Source of the DNA: an uncultured Clostridia bacterium
GTDB taxonomy: Bacteria > Bacillota > Clostridia > Christensenellales > UBA1242
Direction of reading: 5' to 3'
Length of the DNA: 64,000 nucleotides
Assembly: GCA_934754445.1 (NCBI GenBank)
Contig: CAKVHZ010000004.1
Coordinates: forward strand, 30 to 64,029
Position 1 is the first letter of the stretch; every line of letters starts with the position of its first letter. The notes below the pieces were generated by a model, which ran no database searches, was not told the origin of the DNA, and saw only the letters and a program-made list of their open reading frames with translations. The position numbers and the translations under genes are program-made. This document shows, piece after piece, positions 47,316 through 57,505 of the stretch.

Positions 47316-49163
47316 ATGATAATGGATAAAAAATTAAAAAAAGGTGTTAATAATAAAGCGATTATTCTTCTTGTTGTGGCTATAGTTTTGTTTGTTGCGA
47401 CTATAATAAGAATAACTTTTGCATGGTATACAGATAAAAAATCTTATAAAGGCGAACTTGCTTTTGGCAATGTAGAATTAAATGTAACCGATGGTGTGGT
47501 AGAAGAAACCAAAACTTTAAATTATTCAATTATTCGTGATGGCGAAACTTTAAATTCGGGTAAAGTTTACCCCGGCGATAAAGTAAGGGTTAATATAAAT
47601 GTTTCGGTAACTGAAAATTCCGACCCCGTTTATTACATAATGGCTCTTACCGATAGTAGAAAAATGTTTGAAAATGCTTGTTACTTTAAAGATGGTAGTG
47701 ATATTTATGTTTTAAATGATAGTGGAACATATTTAAACACAAATAGAACTAGTCAAGTAACAACTAAGTATGTTGGCAAAATAAATTCATCAACCGAAAC
47801 CCATGAAATTACTATAGATAATGAAATATTAAATATAGACTTGTTAAATGAAGAAAATAATTCAACAAAGCTTAGTTGCAATATTTATGCTATTCAACAA
47901 GCAAATTTAACCGAACAACAAGCACAAACACAATTACTAAGTAAAATTGGTATAATTGGCGATTATACGCAAGCAGATTATATAGAGTCAACTGGTGCTC
48001 AATATATAGATACTGGTGTTAATATTTCACCAACAGTAACTGATTGGAATGTAGAAATGAGCACGATGTGGACGGATACTTCTACAAGGCAATTAATGGG
48101 TTATAATGCTGGTGCTGGTGGATACTTTGGTGTTTCAAATAGCACTAATTATGAAATTGGGGGGACTAAATTAAGTGTTACTCCTAGCACTACAAGTTAC
48201 GATACAATAAAATGGGGTTTAAGTAATAGTAAGTATACATTAAGCGTAAATGGAATAGAAAAAGAAAGAACGAAAGATGCTACTGCTGGAAACATATTTT
48301 TATTTAATTTAACAAATAATTTATCATATGGTTATGCTTGCAAAGCAAAAATGGAATATTGTAAAATAACAGTAAATGGAGAAATAGTAAGAAATTTCGT
48401 TCCAGTTGTTCGTAACAGCGATGGAAAGCCTGGAATGTATGATTTAGTTACAAAAAGGTTTTACACCAATGGCGCAAGTGGAGTAGACTTCACATGTCAC
48501 GGGGGTGGGGTAACAGTTTTTGGCAATAGCACCCAAAACGGAACACCTTCTACAACTAGTCCTAAAACGCTAACTTGTGTTGGCGCATTAATTACTTCAA
48601 GCAATGCTTCAAGTTTTGGTGCGGATAGTCCTAAAGTTGGTAAATATGCTGTTAGTGCTGGTAACAATAATTATATATTTATAAATGAACCTTTAAGAAG
48701 TGTAAAAAATAATAAAGGGCAAGTTATTGCTGATGAATTAGATTTAAAAACTAAAACAGTTACAAGACGAGTTGCATCATTTAAAATTTTAGGAACAAAC
48801 GATTTCACTTATAGTGGAACAAGCACAAATAACAAATCTACTTATGGAATAATAATTTATAATCCATCAAAATTTGGTAATTATGTGAAAGGTGATAACT
48901 GGGAGGATATTGGTGATAAAATATTTAGAGGAGACTATGGGGCATGCTCACATTTTTCATTCGCAACGGCTGGTTATGGCGATAGCGATAATGAAGGATT
49001 TGATATAGCATTTTCTTCAAGCCCTCACTATGTTGCATTAAGAAGAAAAACTGATGATAAAACTGTTGCAGGGTTTAAAACTTGGCTTCAAGAAGAAAAT
49101 TCAAAAGGAACACCTGTTGAATTATTGTTAGCAAAATATACACCCGAAAAAGAACAATATTAA
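47316..49163 (+). CDS. Secreted protein: TasA/camelysin-like N-domain with SipW-type signal, fused to a large C-terminal region
   Basis: N-terminus KK..hydrophobic..ITFAWYTDKKSYKGELAFGNVELNV resembles the SipW-cognate/TasA-camelysin signature. VYPGDKV block. The true start may be the ATG at 47322. Confidence 0.6.
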   Translation: MIMDKKLKKGVNNKAIILLVVAIVLFVATIIRITFAWYTDKKSYKGELAFGNVELNVTDGVVEETKTLNYSIIRDGETLNSGKVYPGDKVRVNINVSVTENSDPVYYIMALTDSRKMFENACYFKDGSDIYVLNDSGTYLNTNRTSQVTTKYVGKINSSTETHEITIDNEILNIDLLNEENNSTKLSCNIYAIQQANLTEQQAQTQLLSKIGIIGDYTQADYIESTGAQYIDTGVNISPTVTDWNVEMSTMWTDTSTRQLMGYNAGAGGYFGVSNSTNYEIGGTKLSVTPSTTSYDTIKWGLSNSKYTLSVNGIEKERTKDATAGNIFLFNLTNNLSYGYACKAKMEYCKITVNGEIVRNFVPVVRNSDGKPGMYDLVTKRFYTNGASGVDFTCHGGGVTVFGNSTQNGTPSTTSPKTLTCVGALITSSNASSFGADSPKVGKYAVSAGNNNYIFINEPLRSVKNNKGQVIADELDLKTKTVTRRVASFKILGTNDFTYSGTSTNNKSTYGIIIYNPSKFGNYVKGDNWEDIGDKIFRGDYGACSHFSFATAGYGDSDNEGFDIAFSSSPHYVALRRKTDDKTVAGFKTWLQEENSKGTPVELLLAKYTPEKEQY

Positions 49164-49165
49164 AG

Positions 49166-49187
49166 AAAGTGCGAAAGCACTTTTTTT
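49166..49187 (+). terminator. Rho-independent terminator
   Basis: aaagtgc-gaaa-gcacttt followed by a T-run. Confidence 0.8.
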
Positions 49188-49397
49188 AATAGTTAAATTT
49201 GTGTTGTAGACACTTTTTATGGGTATAACGAGTTATGAAAAGAAATTATATTGTAGATTAAATATTTCGACAAATAGTAATCATAAAGCAAAACATTTAA
49301 CTTGCTCGCTAGAGCAAATTTAACTTTCACGAAGTGAAAATTTAACTTTATTATTTCTTGTTTGACTTTTTGTTTTTAGTTTGTTACTATATTTATT

Positions 49398-51635
49398 ATG
49401 AAAATTTGTGCTACTATTGAAGAAATTGTTTATAGGAATGATGTTAATGGCTATACTGTTATAATTGGCGATGCTGGTGGAGAAATGCTTACTTGTGTTG
49501 GTAAATTCCCTATTATTGTTTGCGGACAAAACGTAGAACTTGATGGTGAAATGATTAAAGACAAAAAATATGGCGAGCAATTTAAAGTAAAATCTGTTAA
49601 GGTTTTAGCACCAAATAGTGTAGATGGAATAATTAAATATTTAGGTAGCGGTTTAATTAAAGGGGTTGGACCAGTTACTGCACTTAATATTGTTAGTAAA
49701 TTTAAAGAATCAACCTTAGATGTTATAGAATTTAATCCACAAAAATTGATAGAAGTAAAAGGGGTAAGTCCTGCTAAAGCGGTGCAAATTCACGAAGCAT
49801 ATCAAGAATTAAAAACAATGCAAAATGCCATTATGTTTTTGCAAAGTTATGAGATTTCTACAAATTTAGCAATAAAAATATACAACATTTATGGCGATAA
49901 AACCGAAAAAATTGTAAGCGAAAACCCATATAAACTAATTGAAGATGTAGATGGGGTGGGGTTTTTGTCTGCCGATAAAATTGCTAAAAAAGTTGGCATT
50001 CACGAAAAAAGCGAATTTAGGTTAAGGGCGGCACTTTTACATGTATTAAAAGAAAATAGTGATAAAAATGGTAATACTTATCTACCTAAAAAAGAACTTT
50101 ATATTGAAGTAAGTAAATTATTAAAACTAGCAATTTTTTTAATTGATAAACAATTAGATGATATTTTGTTAAATCTTAGCATGGAAAACATTATTAGTTT
50201 GATAGAAGAACCAGATGGTGTAAATGTTATGCTTACCAAACTATTTAAAATGGAAAAAAGTATTGCAAATAAAATTATAGCGCTTAAATATACTTTTCTT
50301 AGTCCAAAATTAAATCCACAAAAAGAAATTGATGTTTTTGAAAAAACTAACAACATTAAACTTCATGAAAATCAAAAACAAGCAGTAATAAAATCGTTAA
50401 ACTCGGGGTTTTCAGTTATTACTGGTGGGCCAGGAACGGGTAAAACAACTATTGTTAAATGTTTAATTTATTTATTAAAACTTCAAGGTAAAAAATTTTG
50501 TTTGTTAGCCCCAACTGGTAGGGCAAGTAAAAGACTTAGCGAAAGCACCATGGAAGAAGCAAGCACAATTCATAGGGCATTAGAGTTAAATTTTAAAGAT
50601 AATGCTACAAGTTTATTTAATCGTAACGAACTAAACCCTATTAATGCTGATAGCATAATTATAGATGAAGTGTCTATGGTTGATGTTAACATTTTTTACT
50701 TTTTATTAAAAGCAATTAAAAAGGGTAGCCAAATAATTCTTGTTGGAGATAAAGACCAACTTCCTAGTGTTGGAGCAGGAAATGTTTTAGCTGATATTTT
50801 AAATAGTAATATTGTGGATACTACAATGCTAACCGAAATTTATAGGCAAGATAGCAAAAGTTTAATTATTACAAATGCTCATGCTATAAATTCGGGCGAA
50901 ATGCCCTTACTAGATAACTCTTCTAAAGATTTCTTTTTTGAAAATAAAAGTTCACAAGATGAAATCGCAAAAACGATAGTAGATTTAGTTGTAAATAGGT
51001 TACCTAACTTTTTAAATATGGAATCTAAAAAAATTCAAGTTTTAGCACCCATGAAAAATGCTATGTGTGGAATAGACAACTTAAATAAAGAACTTCAGTT
51101 AAGAATTAATCCATCAGATGAATTTAAACCAGAGATTATTACCGAAAACACTACTTTTAGATTAGGCGACAAGGTTATGCAAATAGCAAACGATTATGAA
51201 CAAACTTGGAAACGGCAGGTTAGTGAGTTTTACACCGAAGAAGGGGTTGGAGTTTTTAATGGAGATATAGGAATAATTACTAGTATAAACTTAAATGATA
51301 ATCAAATAACTGTTTTATTTGATGATGGAAGGGAAGCGGTTTACGATAAAACAAATTTAGGCGAATTGACATTAAGTTATGCTATAACAATTCATAAAAG
51401 TCAAGGTAGTGAATTTGATGTTGTAGTTATGCCAATTTTTAGTGGTCCTAGCATAATTTTAACTCGAAATTTATTATATACTGGGGTTACTCGAGCAAAA
51501 AAAATGGTAGTTTTAGTTGGAGATAAAACAAGTTTAAAAAGAATGATAAAAAATACCTATCAAGCTAAAAGATATAGTTATTTAAAAAATTTTTTGATAG
51601 AAGAAGACAAAAATTTTATTAATGTTTTTAACTAA
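49398..51635 (+). CDS. recD2: RecD2-type ATP-dependent DNA helicase
   Basis: N-terminal HhH region, Walker A GGPGTGKTT, IIIDEVSMVD, and C-terminal YAITIHKSQGSEF (SF1B). Confidence 0.9.
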   Translation: MKICATIEEIVYRNDVNGYTVIIGDAGGEMLTCVGKFPIIVCGQNVELDGEMIKDKKYGEQFKVKSVKVLAPNSVDGIIKYLGSGLIKGVGPVTALNIVSKFKESTLDVIEFNPQKLIEVKGVSPAKAVQIHEAYQELKTMQNAIMFLQSYEISTNLAIKIYNIYGDKTEKIVSENPYKLIEDVDGVGFLSADKIAKKVGIHEKSEFRLRAALLHVLKENSDKNGNTYLPKKELYIEVSKLLKLAIFLIDKQLDDILLNLSMENIISLIEEPDGVNVMLTKLFKMEKSIANKIIALKYTFLSPKLNPQKEIDVFEKTNNIKLHENQKQAVIKSLNSGFSVITGGPGTGKTTIVKCLIYLLKLQGKKFCLLAPTGRASKRLSESTMEEASTIHRALELNFKDNATSLFNRNELNPINADSIIIDEVSMVDVNIFYFLLKAIKKGSQIILVGDKDQLPSVGAGNVLADILNSNIVDTTMLTEIYRQDSKSLIITNAHAINSGEMPLLDNSSKDFFFENKSSQDEIAKTIVDLVVNRLPNFLNMESKKIQVLAPMKNAMCGIDNLNKELQLRINPSDEFKPEIITENTTFRLGDKVMQIANDYEQTWKRQVSEFYTEEGVGVFNGDIGIITSINLNDNQITVLFDDGREAVYDKTNLGELTLSYAITIHKSQGSEFDVVVMPIFSGPSIILTRNLLYTGVTRAKKMVVLVGDKTSLKRMIKNTYQAKRYSYLKNFLIEEDKNFINVFN

Positions 51636-51664
51636 AAGTAAAATTTTTTGCATATATATTAAAA

Positions 51665-52186
51665 ATGTATGATGATTATAAAATAATAGAAGAAGATAAA
51701 TTTAACAAATTATTAAATGAATATAACTTAAATGTAAAAGTTAATGCTACTAACTTAGACGAAGAGTTTTTAACGAAATTTAATGGTTTGTTAAATTTTT
51801 TATATAAAAGCGGACATAACATTGAAAATTTAATTAAATTAAGTTCAAATAATTTGAATTTAGAAATTTTAAAAAACATAAAGGACAAATTAAATGTTAT
51901 TAATGATAAATTAAAAGTATTATATAATATAACTGAAACAGAAAACAATACAGATAATAACACTGATAATAATATTAACAAAAACTATGAAGAAAACTAT
52001 AAGCAAATTGTAAATAATTTGTTAGAGTTTTTAAAACTTTTATTTAATTTTATTTCTTTTGAAAGTAACATAAAAATAAAAAATTCATTAGAGATTATTT
52101 TTTATGATGCAATTGAAATTTTAGAAGAATTAAATAAAATAGAAACGCGAAAACAACATATTTTTAGTTTATTTAAAAGATATTAA
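51665..52186 (+). CDS. Hypothetical N/K-rich protein
   Basis: 173 aa ORF with a short NTDN tandem repeat. Confidence 0.45.
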   Translation: MYDDYKIIEEDKFNKLLNEYNLNVKVNATNLDEEFLTKFNGLLNFLYKSGHNIENLIKLSSNNLNLEILKNIKDKLNVINDKLKVLYNITETENNTDNNTDNNINKNYEENYKQIVNNLLEFLKLLFNFISFESNIKIKNSLEIIFYDAIEILEELNKIETRKQHIFSLFKRY

Positions 52187-52222
52187 ACTAGTCTTTATTT
52201 CATAAAAATTTAAAATTTGATA

Positions 52223-52251
52223 TTGACAACTATAAAATATTAGAGTATAAT
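52223..52251 (+). promoter_or_regulatory. Sigma-70-type promoter
   Basis: TTGACA, 17 nt spacer, TATAAT. Confidence 0.6.
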
Positions 52252-52282
52252 TTCACTAATTAAAATTAATTAGGAGAAAAAA

Positions 52283-55225
52283 ATGAAAAAATTTATAGTA
52301 TTTGTCTTAATTTTAGTTGTTACAGTAAGTTTAGGTGTTACTACTTTTTATTTTTTAAGAGATAACGAAGAACTTGTTGTTAATACTAATGGTTATGTTT
52401 ATTTAAACAAAGGTGATACATTAGAAATTGATGCCGAATTAAAACATGCAAAAGTTGGCAACGAACTAGTGATTACTGCTTTAACTGAAGGGGTTTTGGA
52501 ATGGAACCCAGCATTAAATAGTTTTACTGCTGAAGAAGGCGGTGCAACTGTTGTTGAAATTAGAACAAAAAACAACAATAAAATTAACCCTGTTTATATT
52601 GAAGTAAGTGTTGGTAATGGTATGAAAGAAGCCCCTTACTATATAGATAGTGAAGAAGATTTGTTAAGTATTGGTAGTGAAGCAGATGGCAACATTTTCA
52701 CTGGTAGTGACAACTACATTTTAATGCAAGACATCACTATTACAAACTCTATAACTCCAATTTTAAATAATGGAGAATTTACAGGTAGTTTAAATGGTAA
52801 TGGTTATTCTATTAATAATTTAAAAATAGAAACTAGCGAAGGTGTTGAAAACGCAGGTTTATTTGCTAAAATTGCTTCTACTGGTGTTATTACAAATTTA
52901 GCATTAAAAAATGTTTCTATTAATGGTCAATTTAAAACTGCTGGTGGTTTTGCTGGAATTAACGAAGGAACAATTACTAGAAGTGAAGTTGTTAGCGGTA
53001 GTGTAACTTCAACATTACAAGATGCTAGCACTGGTGCTATTTGTGGTATTAACAAATATTCAGTAGCAAACTATGGTAGAATTGATAGATGTTATAGTAA
53101 TATTTCTGTTAGCGGAACAACTTATGTTGGTGGTTTAACTGGAACAAACAATGGTGGCATTGTAATTAATAGTTATGTTAAATTAGATGCTGACAACAAA
53201 ATTACTTCTATTTTGGCTGGAAGCAATGTTGGTGGTTTAATTGGTTTAAATACAAATAATGGTGATATTGCAAGCACTGTTAAAAACTGTTATGCTTTAG
53301 GCGATGTTGTTTTAGCAGAAGGCGTTAATGCTGAAGAATGCAAAGTTGCTGCTTTAATTGGTTTTAATAAAGAAATTTCTCAATATAAATCAAATTATAT
53401 TATGGGCTTATATACTAACTCAAGTTTACAAGGAGCAAATCATCAATATAGTTTACCAGGAACTCCTAGCGAAACTGAAAAATTAAACTTTAGAGGAATT
53501 AACACAAGTTTCCCTATGGATGCAGAACATAAAATAGATATTAATAATTTAAAATCATTTATGTCTAAAAATGTTAGCGAAGATGCTACAAATGTAGTAT
53601 ATTGGGATTTCAAAAATGTATGGTTACTAAGTAGCGAAAACGATGGATATCCTTATTTAAACAAAAACGGAGCAAATGTTCCAGATGATATTAGTGTTGC
53701 TTACGACCCTAAAATAATTAGTAATGAAACAGAATTTATTAATTTCATGAATGCAGTTAATAATCCAGATGGAAATCCACAATCTTATTATACTTTAACT
53801 GCCGACTTAGATTTATCTAATTCAACAGCATTTATGCCTATAGGAACTTCAACAAGACCTTTTAATGGCACTTTTGACGGAAATGGTCATACAATAAAAA
53901 ATGTAAAATTATCAACTTCTAGCATTAATGCTATAACTGGTAGTAAATATGTTGGTTTATTTGGAAGAATTACAAGTGTTTCTTCAGTTAAAAATTTAAC
54001 AGTAGAAAACATTATAATTGAAGACGGCGCAGTATATGCTGGTAGTATAGTTGCTTATAATGAAGGAACTATTGATAATTGTAAAGTTACTCAAGTTTCT
54101 TTAAATAAAGAAGTTATTAACATTAAAGCAAGTTTCGCAGTAGGCGGAATTGCTGGGGCTAGTTTTGGTCATATAAATAATTGTAAAGTTATTAATCAAA
54201 CAATTGTTTCAACATCTAACCAAGGCAATAGCAGCACTTGTGGTGGAATTGTTGGAAGTAACGGCTTAGAAGCAAACTCAAATAATGCTACAGTAGAAAA
54301 TTGTGGTGTTGTAACTTGCTATATTTATGATAGTAAAAATCTAACAGAATATCCAAAAAATTATAATTTCCAATTATTAAAAGAATTTGGCTTTAAATAT
54401 AATTATGTTGGCGGTATTGCTGGTTCTAATGCTTATTTAATTACAAGTAACTATGTTTATAAAACAGACATAATGATGAATCAATATAACGTTAACGGAA
54501 CTGGTGCAGGTATTGTTGCTTATAGTAAAAGTTTAGACTTAATTAATCAAAGTTTAGCAGAAGTAAGTTACAATAAAGTTTTAGGTGGAACAATTACTGG
54601 TCACTATAGTTGTGGTTTAATATCTAACTTATATGGTATTAGTGAATTCAACCATGTAGAAATGGATAACATTCATGGCTTAATTAGTATCGGTTTAGTT
54701 GGTAAATTATCATTGTCAGGCGGTGTAACGGGAGCTAGACTTAACAACTGTTTCTCAAAATCTTATTTAACATTAACTGATAAAAAACAAGGTGGAACCG
54801 CTGGTATGGTTGGTGATGCCGAATATAAAAACGAAAAAACAGAAGCAGGTTATACTAAATTCGGTCAAATATTCTCTGCTTGTAGTTTTGATACAGGTTT
54901 AAAATATGCTTATTATGATGCTTTAGTATCATACAGAAACGAAACAAATTTCTTATGGAACAATAGAACTTATGGTATTGGTAACAACTTAATTTGGGAA
55001 GAAACCACTGGTGCTAAATACGATAACACTATTTTCTATTTTGATACAAAACAAACAAATTTAAAATGGTTTAGTCACGAAGAATGCACTTTAATGACGA
55101 ACGGAGAAGTTGTAAGACAAGCATTTACAAGTTTTGGATTTAATACTTCTATGTGGACTTTTGAAGAAGGTGTAAATTCTTATCCTACAATTGCTGGTTT
55201 ACCAGAAATAATAGAAGCAGAATAA
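52283..55225 (+). CDS. Large surface protein with GLUG-motif repeats
   Basis: N-terminal anchor, then recurring VGGLTGTNNGGI, VGGLIGLN, VGGIAGASFGHINNC and VGGIAGSNAY type GLUG motifs. 980 aa. Confidence 0.7.
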   Translation: MKKFIVFVLILVVTVSLGVTTFYFLRDNEELVVNTNGYVYLNKGDTLEIDAELKHAKVGNELVITALTEGVLEWNPALNSFTAEEGGATVVEIRTKNNNKINPVYIEVSVGNGMKEAPYYIDSEEDLLSIGSEADGNIFTGSDNYILMQDITITNSITPILNNGEFTGSLNGNGYSINNLKIETSEGVENAGLFAKIASTGVITNLALKNVSINGQFKTAGGFAGINEGTITRSEVVSGSVTSTLQDASTGAICGINKYSVANYGRIDRCYSNISVSGTTYVGGLTGTNNGGIVINSYVKLDADNKITSILAGSNVGGLIGLNTNNGDIASTVKNCYALGDVVLAEGVNAEECKVAALIGFNKEISQYKSNYIMGLYTNSSLQGANHQYSLPGTPSETEKLNFRGINTSFPMDAEHKIDINNLKSFMSKNVSEDATNVVYWDFKNVWLLSSENDGYPYLNKNGANVPDDISVAYDPKIISNETEFINFMNAVNNPDGNPQSYYTLTADLDLSNSTAFMPIGTSTRPFNGTFDGNGHTIKNVKLSTSSINAITGSKYVGLFGRITSVSSVKNLTVENIIIEDGAVYAGSIVAYNEGTIDNCKVTQVSLNKEVINIKASFAVGGIAGASFGHINNCKVINQTIVSTSNQGNSSTCGGIVGSNGLEANSNNATVENCGVVTCYIYDSKNLTEYPKNYNFQLLKEFGFKYNYVGGIAGSNAYLITSNYVYKTDIMMNQYNVNGTGAGIVAYSKSLDLINQSLAEVSYNKVLGGTITGHYSCGLISNLYGISEFNHVEMDNIHGLISIGLVGKLSLSGGVTGARLNNCFSKSYLTLTDKKQGGTAGMVGDAEYKNEKTEAGYTKFGQIFSACSFDTGLKYAYYDALVSYRNETNFLWNNRTYGIGNNLIWEETTGAKYDNTIFYFDTKQTNLKWFSHEECTLMTNGEVVRQAFTSFGFNTSMWTFEEGVNSYPTIAGLPEIIEAE

Positions 55226-55248
55226 CAAACTAATTTTAAAATTAGGTA

Positions 55249-55277
55249 TTGACAAATAAATAATTTAGTAGTATTAT
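55249..55277 (+). promoter_or_regulatory. Sigma-70-type promoter
   Basis: TTGACA, 17 nt spacer, TATTAT. Confidence 0.5.
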
Positions 55278-55326
55278 ATAAACAAACAAAAAAAAAGATT
55301 AAATTAAAATTTAAGAAGGAGTTTTT

Positions 55327-55917
55327 ATGGTTTTTAAAGTATTAGATTTGATTCTTAAAACTATTTTAACAAAAAGTTATATATTAGTTGCTGTCGGATT
55401 ACTTGCTGGTATAACTGCTTTTATAGTAACTCATAAATCTACAAAATTATATCAAAAAGCTCTTTCAAAAAGAGTTCAAAAAGTAAAAGATTTAAAGAAT
55501 TCTTACGAAAACAGTTTAACTGAAAACGAAAAGAATACTTTATCAAAACAATATAATAAAGCATTAAAAAAACTAGATAATAAAATTAAATCTATTTTAA
55601 GATATAACGGAAAAAGAGTTTATATTCCATCTAGTTTATTAAATGATTATTCTAATTTGGCATTAAGTGGAAACGAACCTTTTACATTTAAAGATAGATT
55701 GTATGCTATTATAAATGATGATAAAAGAAAGATTAAAACAGAAATTATTGAAACTTCTAAAGGTAAAAAAGTTGCAAAACAAGAAGATATAAGTGTAGAT
55801 TATACAACTTTTAATGATGAAGAAATCAAAAAATTTACTAACTTTGATGAAAAAAGTGCTGACCAAGAACAACTAATTTACAATTCTAAATACGAAGAAG
55901 ATGTAAATGAAAAATAA
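55327..55917 (+). CDS. Membrane-anchored hypothetical protein
   Basis: 196 aa with an N-terminal TM segment and SD aaggag. Confidence 0.55.
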   Translation: MVFKVLDLILKTILTKSYILVAVGLLAGITAFIVTHKSTKLYQKALSKRVQKVKDLKNSYENSLTENEKNTLSKQYNKALKKLDNKIKSILRYNGKRVYIPSSLLNDYSNLALSGNEPFTFKDRLYAIINDDKRKIKTEIIETSKGKKVAKQEDISVDYTTFNDEEIKKFTNFDEKSADQEQLIYNSKYEEDVNEK

Positions 55918-55942
55918 AAAAATCTCCAAATGGAGATTTTTT

Positions 55943-57505
55943 TTATAACCTTCTAAACTTTTTAATTCCGTAAGTAAATAATATTGTTAGAATTAATATT
56001 AATAATAATACATAAACACCTAAACCGAATAAGCCTATGTAAACAATGTTTAGTGGTTTTAATAAAAAGTAAATTCCAACCAAAATAGCGGTTACCACTA
56101 AACCTAACAACATTGTAAGTAGTGTAGATATGCTTTGTTTAACGACTTTCGTTTCATCTTCAAAATTAAAGTTAGGGAAGATTAAATTTAACAATACACC
56201 ACCATAAGCAAGTATTGTATTACATAAACTAGGTAGTAATAAAATTATTAGTGTTTGAAATAAACTTAATTTTAAAAATATTGTTAAAAATAGACTACTT
56301 AAAATTATAAAAGGTTCAAAAATTAAAACTTGTAGCAAACCTTTATTAAATAGTAGTGTTTTTTCGTTAATGGGACTCGATTTTAAAATCCAAAAGTTTT
56401 TACCTTCTAGTGATAAACTACTACAACTAATTATTGTTGTGCTAGATAAAGCGCAGAAAATAACGGCAATTAAGCAACAAAGTAAGTCTTTAGATAAAGT
56501 CGTTCCTAAATAGCCATATATTTTATCTAAACCCATACCCGAAAAGATTATTCCTAAAACTAAAACAAATATTGGACCAATTATAGTATTAACAATCCAT
56601 GCTGGAGTTGTTAAATAAGTTGATAATTCTTTTTTTAGTAAACTTTTTGCTACTGAATTTGTGTTTTTATATACTAATTTTTTGCTACTAGAATTAAATT
56701 TACTAAAAGTTTTCCCAAAATTAATAGAATATAAAATTAAGCCTAAAACAAAGGGAAGAATTGTAACACACAAACTACCAATAATACTAAGTGGTTTTTG
56801 ATATAACACAAAATTCAAAAACATATTGCTAAAAAATCTATCACTAAAATAAGCATTAAGGTTTGCAGGGTTTACAGTTCCGTAAAAGAAAGTTTTAATT
56901 AAAAGTAAAGATAATACTATAATAAAAATAAATACAGAAAATAAACTTTTTATAAAACTAGAATACTTAAATCTATTAAATAGTCTTGTAACTAAAAAAT
57001 CTAAAATATAACTTATTCCAACACTAAGCAGTGGAAGTAAAAATATACTAAGTATTCCTAGAAGTGTTAGGGAAAGATTAAATTTTGTAAAAATTTGATA
57101 TAACACAATATAAGGAAGAACTAAAGTAATAGAGAAGAATAAGTCGAAAAAATATTTATTTATAGTTTTACTGATAATAATATCTCGTTTTTTTATAGGA
57201 AGCGATAAAAGTAAGTCACTATCACTAGTTTTTGTATTACCACTTACTCGCATAACTCCAATAATAACCATAACAGATAACGCAGTTAAATAGGCATGGA
57301 ATAGACATAAATTGTTTAAACCCAAACTGCCTAAACCTTTAAACATACTATAAGCTTGATAACTATAAAGAGCAAAAATTCCTAATCCACCAAGCACAAG
57401 CAAAATAAAAGCAATTAAAGTCGGCTTTCTTTCTTTTTTTTTTCCTTGAAGCCTACCAAGCAATAAATTTAAATTGTTTTTTAATAAAATTTTTAAATTA
57501 GTCAT
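55943..57505 (-). CDS. Polytopic ABC-exporter permease-like membrane protein
   Basis: 520 aa with more than 10 hydrophobic segments. It overlaps the upstream ATPase gene by 8 nt. Confidence 0.65.
   Translation of the reverse strand: MTNLKILLKNNLNLLLGRLQGKKKERKPTLIAFILLVLGGLGIFALYSYQAYSMFKGLGSLGLNNLCLFHAYLTALSVMVIIGVMRVSGNTKTSDSDLLLSLPIKKRDIIISKTINKYFFDLFFSITLVLPYIVLYQIFTKFNLSLTLLGILSIFLLPLLSVGISYILDFLVTRLFNRFKYSSFIKSLFSVFIFIIVLSLLLIKTFFYGTVNPANLNAYFSDRFFSNMFLNFVLYQKPLSIIGSLCVTILPFVLGLILYSINFGKTFSKFNSSSKKLVYKNTNSVAKSLLKKELSTYLTTPAWIVNTIIGPIFVLVLGIIFSGMGLDKIYGYLGTTLSKDLLCCLIAVIFCALSSTTIISCSSLSLEGKNFWILKSSPINEKTLLFNKGLLQVLIFEPFIILSSLFLTIFLKLSLFQTLIILLLPSLCNTILAYGGVLLNLIFPNFNFEDETKVVKQSISTLLTMLLGLVVTAILVGIYFLLKPLNIVYIGLFGLGVYVLLLILILTILFTYGIKKFRRL

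Noticed and set aside
49295-49349. Mini CRISPR-like array
   Set aside because: The repeats are only 7 nt with 15-16 nt between them, and there are only three copies. There are no cas genes. It is reported only as a possible regulatory repeat.
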